Source: Promethearchaeota archaeon (GTDB lineage: Archaea > Asgardarchaeota > Lokiarchaeia > Sigyniarchaeales > SOKP01). Taken from it: DNA of 29,926 bases. Within the stretch, counting starts at the first letter, position 1; every line of letters starts with the position of its first letter. Positions 9,008-19,500 of this stretch are shown one piece after another. The notes beneath the pieces are model-generated. The model had not been told where the DNA came from. It saw nothing but the letters and a program-made list of their open reading frames with translations, and searched no databases. A program made the translations under genes and the position numbers. The stretch covers positions 1 to 29,926 of the forward strand of contig JAEOTR010000072.1 of NCBI GenBank assembly GCA_016839705.1. The letters run 5' to 3'.

Positions 9008-9232
9008 AATGAAAAAAAATAATTTCTTAGTATTCTATCTTTTCTTCTTTAGAAATTTTTCCCTTATTATATCAAAAAGCAAATAATTTTGCCATCCAAG
9101 CTAAATCAACCTAACTTCAGTTTGGGTTTAAAAGTTCACTCTAAGTTCAGCATTTTAATCTATTTAGCTAATGAGTAATTGAATGATTATAAAGAGTTTA
9201 TTAAAATTTAGAAATACTATAGTTGAAAGATA

Positions 9233-10522
9233 ATGGAAAAAACACCGACTAAAAAGACTTTTCATCATTATTTATATTTCTTATTTGGACAGCAATTCTC
9301 AATGTTAGGTTCGATGATTGTAGGTTTTGTTATCACATATTGGCTTACCATTGAGACTGGAAGTGTTGTCATTCTTTCTGTATCCTCATTTTTAATGTTT
9401 GTCCCTCAAATTGTGGTTACACCTTTATCTGGGGTATTAGCTGACAGATGGAATCGTAAAACGATAATTGCAATTTCAGATTCGTTTCAAGCGCTCGTTA
9501 CATTCCTCTTATTTCTGTTTTTTCTAAGTGGGATTCAAAATGTCTGGTTAATTCTAGGAATAAATATACTCAGAGCGGGATTATTCGCATTTCAAATGCC
9601 GGCAGTACAATCAATCATTCCTACTATGATCCCTAAAGAAAGCTTAAGTAGAATTAATGGAATGAATTATCTATTCTCTGGGTTAATCTTTAGCTTCGGG
9701 CCGGTTATTGCAGCAACACTAATATCGTTTTTCGCCGTTGAACATATTTTCCTTCTTGATATATTCACTTTTTTAATAGCAATTGTACCTTTATTGTTAA
9801 TAAAAATACCCACAGTTCACCATATTACAGAAGAGGCTACGAAAAAATCAGTTTTTAAAGATTTTAAGACAGGTTTACTCGTTGTAAGAGTGGTTCCTGG
9901 CCTTCTTGCCATGATTATTTTTGCAATGATATGGAATTTCATTTTTAGACCTTGGAATGTTTTGCTACCATACTTTATATTAAATACACATGAAGGAACT
10001 GCGTTTAATCTTGCTCTTTTAATGACTTCATTTAGTATAGGTAGCATTACTGGCTCTTTAATCACATCAATTAAGAAAAATTTTAAGCACAAAATAAAAA
10101 TAAACATAATTGGAGCATCTTTTTTCTTTGTAGGGCAAATTTTTGCAATTTTAACTCCAAGGGGAAATTTTATTGTAATGATGATTGCATTATTTCCTGG
10201 TGCTGTGGTTTTCCCAATTACTGTATCAACTTATTTAGCAATTTTACAATCAGCTGTTCCAAAAGATAAAGTAGGGAGAATAATGTCTATAGATCATATG
10301 ATTTCTATGGCAATTGCTCCGATCGGCGCCCTTTTATCTGGGCCGTTAGCAAATCTTTTTGGTATAATCAATCTACTTCTGATGTGTGCGATTATTGGAA
10401 TTATTTTCCCAAGTTTAATATGGTTTTTCACAAAAATTAGACACCTTGATCACGTCGAAGAAAAAGATGAGGAAGTTTTAGAACAAACAGAAATAGTGGA
10501 AATTGCAGAAGTTATTAAATAA
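9233..10522 (+). CDS. MFS transporter, DHA3/Mef-like efflux family
   Basis: About 12 hydrophobic segments, GQQFSMLGS, MFS motif A GVLADRWNRK and LQSAVPKDKVGR. Confidence 0.92.
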   Translation: MEKTPTKKTFHHYLYFLFGQQFSMLGSMIVGFVITYWLTIETGSVVILSVSSFLMFVPQIVVTPLSGVLADRWNRKTIIAISDSFQALVTFLLFLFFLSGIQNVWLILGINILRAGLFAFQMPAVQSIIPTMIPKESLSRINGMNYLFSGLIFSFGPVIAATLISFFAVEHIFLLDIFTFLIAIVPLLLIKIPTVHHITEEATKKSVFKDFKTGLLVVRVVPGLLAMIIFAMIWNFIFRPWNVLLPYFILNTHEGTAFNLALLMTSFSIGSITGSLITSIKKNFKHKIKINIIGASFFFVGQIFAILTPRGNFIVMMIALFPGAVVFPITVSTYLAILQSAVPKDKVGRIMSIDHMISMAIAPIGALLSGPLANLFGIINLLLMCAIIGIIFPSLIWFFTKIRHLDHVEEKDEEVLEQTEIVEIAEVIK

Positions 10523-10648
10523 TTAATTTTTGTTTTAACTTTTTGTTTTCTTTATTGAAAATAATATCCAATTTCACTACTTTTTAATATGTAAATTTAA
10601 AAAAATTCATACTATTGAGTTATTAATTTTGCTTCTCTAAGTTAAAGT

Positions 10649-11449
10649 ATGAAATTAAAAAATAAAGTCGCTTTAATTACAGGTGCAGCCTTGGGTTTTA
10701 AAGAAGGAGGTCCGTCCATTGGGAGTGCAATCGCGTTAAAGTTTGCATCTGAGGGTGCCAAAATTGTAGTTGTAGATGTTTTTGAAGATATGGGACAAAA
10801 AACAATTGACCAAATTGTGGAAAAGGGCGGGGAAGGAATCTTTATTAAGGTAGATGTTTCTAAAACTGAGGAAGTAAAAAATGCTATCAATCTTACTCAG
10901 AAAAAGTATAATGAATTGCATATTTTAGTTAATTGTGCGGCTTCATATGAAGGGGATATCTTTCAGAATGTGGTAAATACTCCTGAAGAGGATTGGTATA
11001 ATATCATTGATGTTAATTTAAACGGATATTTTAGGTTTGCTAAATATGCTATTCCTTTAATATTAAATAGTGGAGGAGGAACTATTGTGAATATTTCATC
11101 AAGTGCAGCTTTTAAAGTATTAAGGGATTTTTGTGTATATCCTGTAACCAAGGCTGCTATAAATGCCTTAACAAGAACTTTAGCTGTCGATTTTGCCCCC
11201 CAAATACGTACTAATTCAATTTGTCCAGGTTTCGTTAGAATTGCGAACTCTGAAGGCGATCGTACAACTGAAGAAATAGAAGATTGGATTAATGGTATAT
11301 CAAAAAAATATCCCTTAAGAAGAGTGTGTACTGTTGATGAAATTGGGAAAATTGCTTTATTTTTAGCAAGTGATGATTCATCTTATGTCAATGGTCAATG
11401 TTTAATTGTTGATGGGGGAAAAATTATATCTGAGACACATGAATTTTAA
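10649..11449 (+). CDS. Classical short-chain dehydrogenase/reductase
   Basis: KVALITGA, LVNCA, IVNISS, catalytic YPVTK (YxxxK), ICPG and FLASDDSSYVNGQ...DGG. Confidence 0.95.
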   Translation: MKLKNKVALITGAALGFKEGGPSIGSAIALKFASEGAKIVVVDVFEDMGQKTIDQIVEKGGEGIFIKVDVSKTEEVKNAINLTQKKYNELHILVNCAASYEGDIFQNVVNTPEEDWYNIIDVNLNGYFRFAKYAIPLILNSGGGTIVNISSSAAFKVLRDFCVYPVTKAAINALTRTLAVDFAPQIRTNSICPGFVRIANSEGDRTTEEIEDWINGISKKYPLRRVCTVDEIGKIALFLASDDSSYVNGQCLIVDGGKIISETHEF

Positions 11450-11530
11450 CTGAAAGAGTTTTTATTATCTGATTTATATCTCAACAATAGCTAAATTAGA
11501 AAAAGAAAAAAAAAGATTGATCACTAAAAT

Positions 11531-11899
11531 TTATTTAGCATCCTCATCTTCTTCCATAACTCCAAGCTTATTACCTTCTGTATCTTTAAACATGTAGAAA
11601 TGGCCTACTCCTGGGACTGATATTTTAGGAGACTCTATTGTTCCCCCATTTTTTTCTATAAGTTTTTTAATTTCATCTACTGAGGAAACACTAATATAAT
11701 TAAAGATCTGATCTTCAGAATCCTCTCTTTGTTGTAATCCTCCGTTTATTCCTTCTTCACTTTCTTCTCCTGCTTCTATTACATGATAATCGGGATTTCC
11801 TTCCCAACTTCGAATTTTCCATTTAAAAACTTTTTCATAAAAAGCCTTTGCTCTTGATATATCATCCGCATTTACTTCGAAATGCACTATTTTTGGCAT
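11531..11899 (-). CDS. VOC/glyoxalase-bleomycin resistance family protein
   Basis: IVHFEV.ADD..RA..FY..VF.W, GINGG, VPGVG.F..FKDTEGN. RBS GAGGTGG upstream. Confidence 0.93.
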   Translation of the reverse strand: MPKIVHFEVNADDISRAKAFYEKVFKWKIRSWEGNPDYHVIEAGEESEEGINGGLQQREDSEDQIFNYISVSSVDEIKKLIEKNGGTIESPKISVPGVGHFYMFKDTEGNKLGVMEEDEDAK

Positions 11900-12011
11900 T
11901 TTACCACCTCAAATTTGTTGATATTGAAAATCTTATGATTTGTGAAGTACATTAATAATAAAATGGTATTGTATATAAAATATAACTCCTCTAAAGCAAT
12001 ATGAATTTATC

Positions 12012-12111
12012 TTGAGGAGACAATAATATTAACATGACATGGGGATATCCTCATGGTATACCTTTTTAACCGTGAAAGTACACTTTCACGAAGATTTTGG
12101 AATATCCTCAA
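12012..12111. promoter_or_regulatory. Cluster of inverted repeats (operators or structured RNA)
   Basis: CATGGGGATATCCTCATG (12038-12055, one mismatched pair) and CGTGAAAGT-AC-ACTTTCACG (12071-12090). ATATCCTCA occurs twice, and TTGAGGA (12012) is complementary to TCCTCAA (12105). Confidence 0.4.
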
Positions 12112-12226
12112 TAACAATAATTACTAAAATTTAGAAGTGATAACTAAACGAAGAATTTAATAAAATTGATTGCTATTTTATGTTACTTGCATGAGAGAGT
12201 GATCTTTCATAGACGGGTGAGTATAG

Positions 12227-12334
12227 ATGATAGAAGAGTTAATGGAAAAGGACTTTCAAAAAGTAAAACATTTGTTTGGAGATAAAGCTAAGGCGTCAGA
12301 ACTAAAAAGTTTAATAATAATAAAAAAATCTTAA
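12227..12334 (+). other. 35-codon ORF; microprotein or truncated gene remnant
   Basis: RBS GGGTGA before ATG 12227; translates to MIEELMEKDFQKVKHLFGDKAKASELKSLIIIKKS. Confidence 0.3.
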
Positions 12335-12359
12335 AATCTTCAAATACTCGAATTTAATT

Positions 12360-13439
12360 ATGAATTATTTTACAAAAGATAAGTTAATTTCAACTATTGG
12401 TGATTCTGTAAGACTCGTAAAATTGGATTCAGGAAAAAGCTCTGTTCTAATTTCTGAATATGGAGGACGGCCATTAGGAATCTTTCCAAAAGATAATTTT
12501 TTTAACATACTTTGGGTCAATCCAAATATCAAGGAAGCAATTAAATCACGGAGTCATGAGATTGGAGGCGATCGGTATTGGGTAAGCCCAGAACGAGATT
12601 TCTTCTATAAAAAGCCTGAAACATTTGAAGAATGGTCCTGCCCTCAAGGTCTTGATCCGGCAAACTATGAAATTTTAGCAAGTTCGGAACATTCTTGTAC
12701 AGTTTCAAGTGGAATTTTTCTTTTGAATCAAAGAACTAAGCAAGGATATCAAGGAGAAATCACCAGACAATTCAAGCTTATCGACGAGCCTTATTCTACA
12801 GGAGTTAGTTATTGTGGGATTGAAATTCTTGATGATTGTATATTTTATAGACCTAATCTGAAGATTAATGGATGGTCTTTAACAACCACCATAAGTGGGG
12901 GTGTTAAAAATCCCGGAACTGTTTTGATACCTACCAGAGAAAACCCAAAACTAATATCATATTTTCGTATGGTGCCCGAAGATCGGGTAAAAATTGGAAA
13001 AAATTATGTAGCTTTCAAGATTGATGTCGATGATATTTACAAGTTAGCAATCCGACCGGAAGATATTGATTTCAACTATCCCGCTAAAATAGGATATATA
13101 TTAAAAATGCCCGATAATGAAGATTATGGATTCATAGTAAAATTGTCAGATGATATTCCAAAAGATCAGACTGAATGCTTCGATGTTCCTAGAGATCATC
13201 CCGAATCTGAGATTGGCGTTGTACAATCTTATAATTCTGAATCACTAGATAAATCTGTACTAAACTTTGGTGAAATTGAGCTTCAATTAAATTCTTTTAA
13301 AACGATAGATAATGCTTCTCATGGCAAAGCTAAACATGAACTCTTCGCATATGTTGGCTCTAAAGAGGAGATCTTAACAGTAGTTAAAAAATACCTTGGA
13401 ATAGAAAATCCATTTCTTTATCAAATTAATAATAATTAA
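12360..13439 (+). CDS. Conserved hypothetical beta-rich protein, DUF6786-like (possible galactose-mutarotase-like fold)
   Basis: EYGGRPLG, LWVNP and GGDRYWVSPE resemble the family motif as I recall it; C-terminal FGEIELQ. Confidence 0.55.
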   Translation: MNYFTKDKLISTIGDSVRLVKLDSGKSSVLISEYGGRPLGIFPKDNFFNILWVNPNIKEAIKSRSHEIGGDRYWVSPERDFFYKKPETFEEWSCPQGLDPANYEILASSEHSCTVSSGIFLLNQRTKQGYQGEITRQFKLIDEPYSTGVSYCGIEILDDCIFYRPNLKINGWSLTTTISGGVKNPGTVLIPTRENPKLISYFRMVPEDRVKIGKNYVAFKIDVDDIYKLAIRPEDIDFNYPAKIGYILKMPDNEDYGFIVKLSDDIPKDQTECFDVPRDHPESEIGVVQSYNSESLDKSVLNFGEIELQLNSFKTIDNASHGKAKHELFAYVGSKEEILTVVKKYLGIENPFLYQINNN

Positions 13440-13463
13440 TAAAAAAGATTAAAGAAATATGTT

Positions 13464-15407
13464 CTAAATTTTTAATTTACTTCTCCAGAAGTTAATTTTA
13501 TTTAGTAAATCTTGTTTTTCAGAGGGATTTAATAAATTAGGATTGGATTTTAACGGTGCGATGCTCATTCTTATCTGTCTTAATACCCCACTATAACCTT
13601 TTTTCTCAAGAATATCATCTTGTAATGTCTGTAGTTTAGAAGCGATATCATATCCATTAAGATCTCCTATACTACTCAATAGAGTATCAATCTGAGATGA
13701 TAGATATGCATCAGTTGATCCTATAGCTGCTGTAGACATAGGTGTTTCCTGTCTAAATTCAGGAATTTCCTGGGGAGGCTCTGATTTTATAACCGGTTCA
13801 GGTTGAATTGTTACTTCAGGTTCAATTGGGGGTTGTTCGGGGGGTGTAGGTGTAATTCTTTCTGGTATAGGTGGTTTCACAGTTGGAGTAAACTTCTCTG
13901 AGGGTATAACGGGTTCTGGAACGCTCTTTATTGCATGTAGAACTTCTACTTGATCAAGTTTCTTAGACTGAATCCACACATCTTCTAAAACAGCTGCAAA
14001 TAATTTTACATGTTCTTCGAGGACAGATCCCATACCTGCAATTTCAAATTCTCCTTCTTCTGATTTAGAAACTACACAAACAATAACTTCTTCAAAGTCT
14101 TTATTAATTGACCATAAGTTTTCACGAGGATAATGTCTTACAGCAAAATTTGATAAATCTTCAATTTGCCTAAATCGCATCTGATCTTCCGGATTACTTA
14201 AATCAAAATTAGTTGAAATTCTAATATTAATATGTTTTTTTAATCCTGAGAGGGCTACTAAATCTATATCTGCCAGTTTTGGTGCAATAATATGAACACG
14301 CATCTTCACACGGGTAAGTGATTCATTAATTTGTGCTTTAATACCCTCAATACTTCTAACAAACCATACATCTTTAAAACTTAATAATGAAACTTCCTTT
14401 GAACGCTCCCAAAACTCATTCATTGTTAATTCTGAGCTATCAAGTTGGGTGATAATGTTATTAATGATATCATTTTGAATGGTTTCGAAAATTTCGGTTT
14501 TGAATAAGGTTTTTAATTCTTGAATACCTGAAATTATATCATCATAAACACCTGATACCCTATTTTCTAAATCTTCTAAAGTTGTCTTTAAACCACTTTC
14601 TATATCGGTAAATACTGTTCCCAAATCTGAGCTTATCTCGCCAGCAGTGTCAGTTATACTTCCTAATTGTTCTACTACTTGATCCAACATATTTTGGGTG
14701 GTTTGTACGAATTTATCACGAAAAACAACGGTAATTTCTTTGAATTGCTCTGAAATCACACGAGAAACAATTTTCTCAGCCATACTTTTCAAGGCGCCAA
14801 TTCTAAATTGCTTTTCGAATCGATTGGAAATCTCGATTTTTATACCATCTAATCGACTTTCCATCACCCCGAATTCCTTAGTGACTTCCTCGGGAACTAT
14901 TTCCTTTAAATTAAGAATAAATCTTCTAACATCTCGAAATCTATTAACTTGCTCAAGCTCTTTTTCAAATCTATCAAACTGTGATTTTATTTGTTCTGGA
15001 AGCTTTGTTTTCATTAATTGAAGATATGCACGGTAATCATCTAGTTTCTTTAACTTTGCTGAATGGGTTTCGAGAGAATCAAATCGTTCTTGGATATTTC
15101 TAGGTGTTACATCTTGAAAAGTTTTAATAGTTTCTTTAAATTGATGAATTTGTCCCAAGAGTGCGGCATATGGTGGTAAGGCTTCATAAATTACTGATTT
15201 GCCCGGAATTTGTTTTAAAAGCCCTTTATGAAACAAATTCTCTGCGATTTGTGCTGCTCTTTCTTCTTCACACTCTGCCAAAAGTGCAATTTCACCAACC
15301 ATGACTGGGCCTCTTCCTGTAATCTGAAAATAAGTATTCACTTCATCATGAGCTAATCCTATTAACTCTAATACTTGCATGGTTGCAGAATCATTTTTAT
15401 CAGACAT
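13464..15407 (-). CDS. TrmB-like HTH + long helical/coiled-coil region + PLD-like (TrmB effector) domain + Pro-rich linker + C-terminal helical domain
   Basis: N-terminal GL...E...Y...G.....EIA...L..KGL...GK...YEALPP is TrmB-type. VWFVRS.E.I...I...L.R.K..VHIIAP...INKDFEEVIV is typical of the TrmB PLD-like domain. No HKD motif. Confidence 0.75.
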   Translation of the reverse strand: MSDKNDSATMQVLELIGLAHDEVNTYFQITGRGPVMVGEIALLAECEEERAAQIAENLFHKGLLKQIPGKSVIYEALPPYAALLGQIHQFKETIKTFQDVTPRNIQERFDSLETHSAKLKKLDDYRAYLQLMKTKLPEQIKSQFDRFEKELEQVNRFRDVRRFILNLKEIVPEEVTKEFGVMESRLDGIKIEISNRFEKQFRIGALKSMAEKIVSRVISEQFKEITVVFRDKFVQTTQNMLDQVVEQLGSITDTAGEISSDLGTVFTDIESGLKTTLEDLENRVSGVYDDIISGIQELKTLFKTEIFETIQNDIINNIITQLDSSELTMNEFWERSKEVSLLSFKDVWFVRSIEGIKAQINESLTRVKMRVHIIAPKLADIDLVALSGLKKHINIRISTNFDLSNPEDQMRFRQIEDLSNFAVRHYPRENLWSINKDFEEVIVCVVSKSEEGEFEIAGMGSVLEEHVKLFAAVLEDVWIQSKKLDQVEVLHAIKSVPEPVIPSEKFTPTVKPPIPERITPTPPEQPPIEPEVTIQPEPVIKSEPPQEIPEFRQETPMSTAAIGSTDAYLSSQIDTLLSSIGDLNGYDIASKLQTLQDDILEKKGYSGVLRQIRMSIAPLKSNPNLLNPSEKQDLLNKINFWRSKLKI

Positions 15408-15425
15408 GTTAAACTGGTCACCCCA

Positions 15426-16553
15426 CTATTTTTTATATGTTTCTTCAAGAAACTCTAAGTGTTTTATTGCTAAATTCTTCTTTAATTTTCCTTCCATACT
15501 TTCTTTACGAATTTTTTCAATCATATATTCAGGATAAAATGTATGAGCAACAACATCTGTAAATAATAAAATCCAGTCTATGTTTTTTTCATCTTTAAGA
15601 ATGATAATAATATTATCCTCTTCCATAGCTTTTAAAAACCCACCGATTTCTTCCGGACTTTCTCCGGGTCCTCTCGGTAACTTATTTATTGGATATGCCC
15701 TTTCTCTAAAAAGCGTGATATAATCATATTTATCAGGATTCATCATATTTTTGGCAATCTTTAAATTATCTTCAAAAGTGGGGCTATAGCCCGCAAAGAA
15801 CTTATTTACAGCTTCAAGATATTTTGTTGCTAATGTGGGAGTAGGTAGATTTTTCTTGGCACCCTCAATTAATTTAGTGGCTGGTGATCTAAAGAAAGAA
15901 AAATCAGATAGTAAGAATAAAGAGATATCAGAATCGCCCTCAACCCAATCTTGTTTTATAAGGCCAGTTTTAATAAATGGATCTAAAGAAATTTCGATAT
16001 TAGATATAATTTTGTTTAATTTTTCACCTAAAATGCTTTGTAACTCTTTCCTTGATAACGGTTTTTCTTGTAACATCTCTAATATTGTTCTTCCTTTTTC
16101 ACTAATGTATATTTGTGCTAATCTCTGTTCTTTCGTTAAATTTTTCAAACGTTCTAATAAAAACAGTGCGCCTTTTATATATGACTTTAATTCTTTGATA
16201 ATTTCATAGTCCTGAGAAACATCAGTTCCCATTCTCATTACAAATGTTAAAATCGATTCATTAATTTCTTGGATAACAGTTTCACCAAACATTTCAGGCT
16301 CCTCTCCTAATTCTAGAATTAAATTAACCATAATTGGTTTTTCAGACTCCATTCCTGTGAAATAACTCGATACATTAGAACGTGCTTTTTCTAGTCTTAC
16401 CAAAACATTACCAGCTTCTCCAGCACCGGTAATATGGGCATAAAAAATACGCATCATATCATCCAAATCAGTTTCAACTTCTTCAGGAAAATTAAATTTA
16501 GTAACTAAACCCTGATCCTCTGTCCATTCTGTAATTATAATTCCTTTAGGCAT
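15426..16553 (-). CDS. Longin/uDENN-like N-terminal domain + winged-helix domain(s) protein
   Basis: MPKGIIITEWTEDQGLVTKFNFP is a beta-hairpin start of the uDENN type, followed by a helix and three strands. The central GRTILEMLQEKPLSRKELQSIL...LDPFIKTGLIKQDW is wHTH-like. Confidence 0.6.
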   Translation of the reverse strand: MPKGIIITEWTEDQGLVTKFNFPEEVETDLDDMMRIFYAHITGAGEAGNVLVRLEKARSNVSSYFTGMESEKPIMVNLILELGEEPEMFGETVIQEINESILTFVMRMGTDVSQDYEIIKELKSYIKGALFLLERLKNLTKEQRLAQIYISEKGRTILEMLQEKPLSRKELQSILGEKLNKIISNIEISLDPFIKTGLIKQDWVEGDSDISLFLLSDFSFFRSPATKLIEGAKKNLPTPTLATKYLEAVNKFFAGYSPTFEDNLKIAKNMMNPDKYDYITLFRERAYPINKLPRGPGESPEEIGGFLKAMEEDNIIIILKDEKNIDWILLFTDVVAHTFYPEYMIEKIRKESMEGKLKKNLAIKHLEFLEETYKK

Positions 16554-19500
16554 TCACATCTCTTCCTCTTTAAATTTATCTGGTTGAAGTCGAACAATTG
16601 CCGACTCTAATATTTTCTTCTGATTTTCAAAATTTTTGTTTGAAATCTCTTCCCTTTTACTCACCATTATCGGTTTTGTTTTCCTCCCTTTTTTAATTCT
16701 TTTCTTTATCTTTCTCATTTTCCGAACCAATGGAGGATATTTAAAGTAAGTTTGATAAAAAATAAAAATCGTAACAAGACCTAGAATCGCACCTATTAAT
16801 ACAAAAACAAGCCAACCTAAATCAGCTCTAGGTTGGGTAGTAGGTTGACTCACGATTAAAGTTATTTCAAAGCTCTCAAAATTATAATCATCGCCAGCAA
16901 AAGCAGCTATAGTTATATCATAAACTCCAGATTGTACATTGAGTAAAGTGGCTTCATAAATACTATCATCATCCGGATCTACAAGTTCTCCTTGCCCATA
17001 CGCCCATCTATACGTTACTGTAGCATTAGTAATTGTACCCCCAAATATCGTATCATTTAAAACTAATTGTAATAAAACATCTTCCCCAACATCCACTGTT
17101 ATTTGAGATATCCCACTTTCTGTATTAATTGTTGCTCTTATCCTATTAATGGTAATTCTTGGATCCACTGTCTTTATTTGGTAATTTGTAGCTTGAGCTA
17201 CGATTGAAAATAATTTCACACCAATGCCTAAAGTTGTTGTATCAAGAATAGTATAATATTGTCCTAGAATATCATCTCTCGTTAAATTTAGTAATAATCC
17301 CTCTCCTATCAATTGTACGTTCCCAGTGTTAATATGCTGTCCCGTTTGATTATCAGTGTATTTTATAGTTAAATTTAAATCCTGACCTTTTGTGAGAGAA
17401 TATACGGGATCTAAAGTTTTATCTTCGCTATTCAAAAATAAATCTAATTCGGTTGATCTCTCAACTACTTCAACAAAAAACTGGATAGATTGAGTTTGGT
17501 AATTCATCAATTGTGCAAATATTTTCAAAACAGAAATCCCTTGATCTAAATCCTGTGCGTTTATTGTAAAATTATATTGATTACCCGTTTCATTAAACGT
17601 TCCTCTTCCCACTAAAATGATTGTTGCGTTAGGAAGATAAGCTTTTGTGTTGTTGTCTTTGTAAAATACAGTGACATTTATCATATCATCCAGTTCGACT
17701 TGGATTGTATCACCATCATTTTTTGGAATATTATTCAATAGTAATGTTAATTCTGTTACTCTTTCAATTATTTCAACAAAAAATAAGATGGATTGAGTTT
17801 GATAATTACTTAATTGTGCAAATATGGTTAAAACGGTAATAGCTTGATCTAAATCTTGAGCGTTTATAGTTATGTTATATTGATTATTAGTTTCATTTAG
17901 CGTACCAATTCCAATTAAATTGACTGTAGCGTTGGAAACATGCTGCTTAGTTTTGTTATCTCTATAATTTATAGTAACATTTATTGATTCATCAATCTCA
18001 AGTTGAATTGTATCACCATCATTTTTTTGATTCCCATCAATGAATAATTGAATCTCTGTAGCTCTTTCTGTTATTTCAACGAAGAATTGAATGGTATGCT
18101 GTTCATAAACATCTTTTTGGGCTGTTACACTAAGAATCTTTACTCCAATACCCAATTGAGATGTGTTAACCATTAACGTATATTGTTGTAATGTTATGTT
18201 CTCGGAAAGAGTACCTGAAACTTTCCCTTCTAATTGAACTGTCGCATTTGTAATATGAGCTCCAGTTTGATTAACAATATACTTAATAGTAATATTCAAA
18301 TTTTCGCCTAAAGGAAGTGCTATTACAGGATCATCAGTCTTATTTATGTTATTTAAAAATAATTCTAAATTTGAGGGAATATCAGCAAAAGTTTCTGTAT
18401 AAGTAATGTTAAGATACACTTCATCTATTGATATAGTAATTGTACGGTTTAATTCGAATGTGTCCGCCAGGTATACTTGAAGTGAAAGATTTATATTATG
18501 GTCTTCATCAATTAGAGAAGTAATATCAAATCCTCCTGATTTTGCGTCTTGTGGAGAAATAGTAGCTGTACTTAATTTGACTGTTTCTGAATGTGGGATA
18601 TCATTAATTAAAATTCTAATTTCAGAATTAGGTGATAAACTTGACCAAGTGTCATTAATTTTATATTTGAACCAAAACAATGCTTCATTTACTGTAATAG
18701 TATTATTACTTATATCACTTGGTTTTTCTCCATCTTGGTTCCAAGATATTGAAGTAAGTTGATCAATTTTTTTCTCATAAGTAAATGTTAAATTAAGGGA
18801 TTGAATTCTCAGCTCATTCCAGTCATCGAAATCAGTTCCAGTATAGTCGTCTTCACAAGAGATTTCTATTCCTATAATGATAGTAAAATTATCATGATCT
18901 GGATCGTTTTCAAAAACTCTATTCAAGTAATAAATTAAGTCTTCCTCATCTCCTACTGGTTCAATTGATTTTGTATCTATAGTATAAAATGTAGGTGCAG
19001 TATCCTTTCCTAAATCGCTTGTTTGATTATAAGCTATTCTGTAAGTACTTTTCATATCTAAATCTGCAATCTCAACAAAAAAGAAAGCATGATCAAATAT
19101 CCCTGGTTGATCTATCTGATAATCCGGACTAAATCTAGCATAGGTATCGTATTTTGTATCAATGTTAGGATCGACATCAGCAAACATTGTTGAATTAATA
19201 AAAGCGGATGTAATGATATAGTCAGACATATCTATATCCATACTGACGTTATATCTCCAACTTATGCTAGCAAATTGATCGGCTGTAGCATCATGCCATG
19301 AGTGACTTACATAAAATCCATTATTGTCAATAGTATAGGTATCAGGATTAATTGCTGGTTCAGTTTTATTAAATGCTGTCCAATTGCCACTATTGGCAAT
19401 ATTAATTGGATCTGAGATTTCTTTCCTTCCTTTTTTTCCGAGGACTTCAAAGTTTGCTTGTCCTCCACTTATTGAAGCATCAACGTCCGTAGGATCTCCT

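Noticed and set aside
12012-12111. Mini-CRISPR array, tRNA or SECIS
   Set aside because: The dyads are not identical repeats, there is no cloverleaf or T-loop, and I noticed no adjacent gene needing UGA readthrough.
13960-14370. Active PLD nuclease (defence effector)
   Set aside because: There is no HxK motif; it fits the inactive TrmB effector-type domain.
15781-15792. Palindrome GGGCTATAGCCC
   Set aside because: It is a single copy inside a coding sequence and plausibly arises by chance.
16554-16830. Loki-CTERM/PGF-CTERM sorting signal
   Set aside because: There is no PG(F/Y) motif before the TM helix, and the cytoplasmic tail is long.
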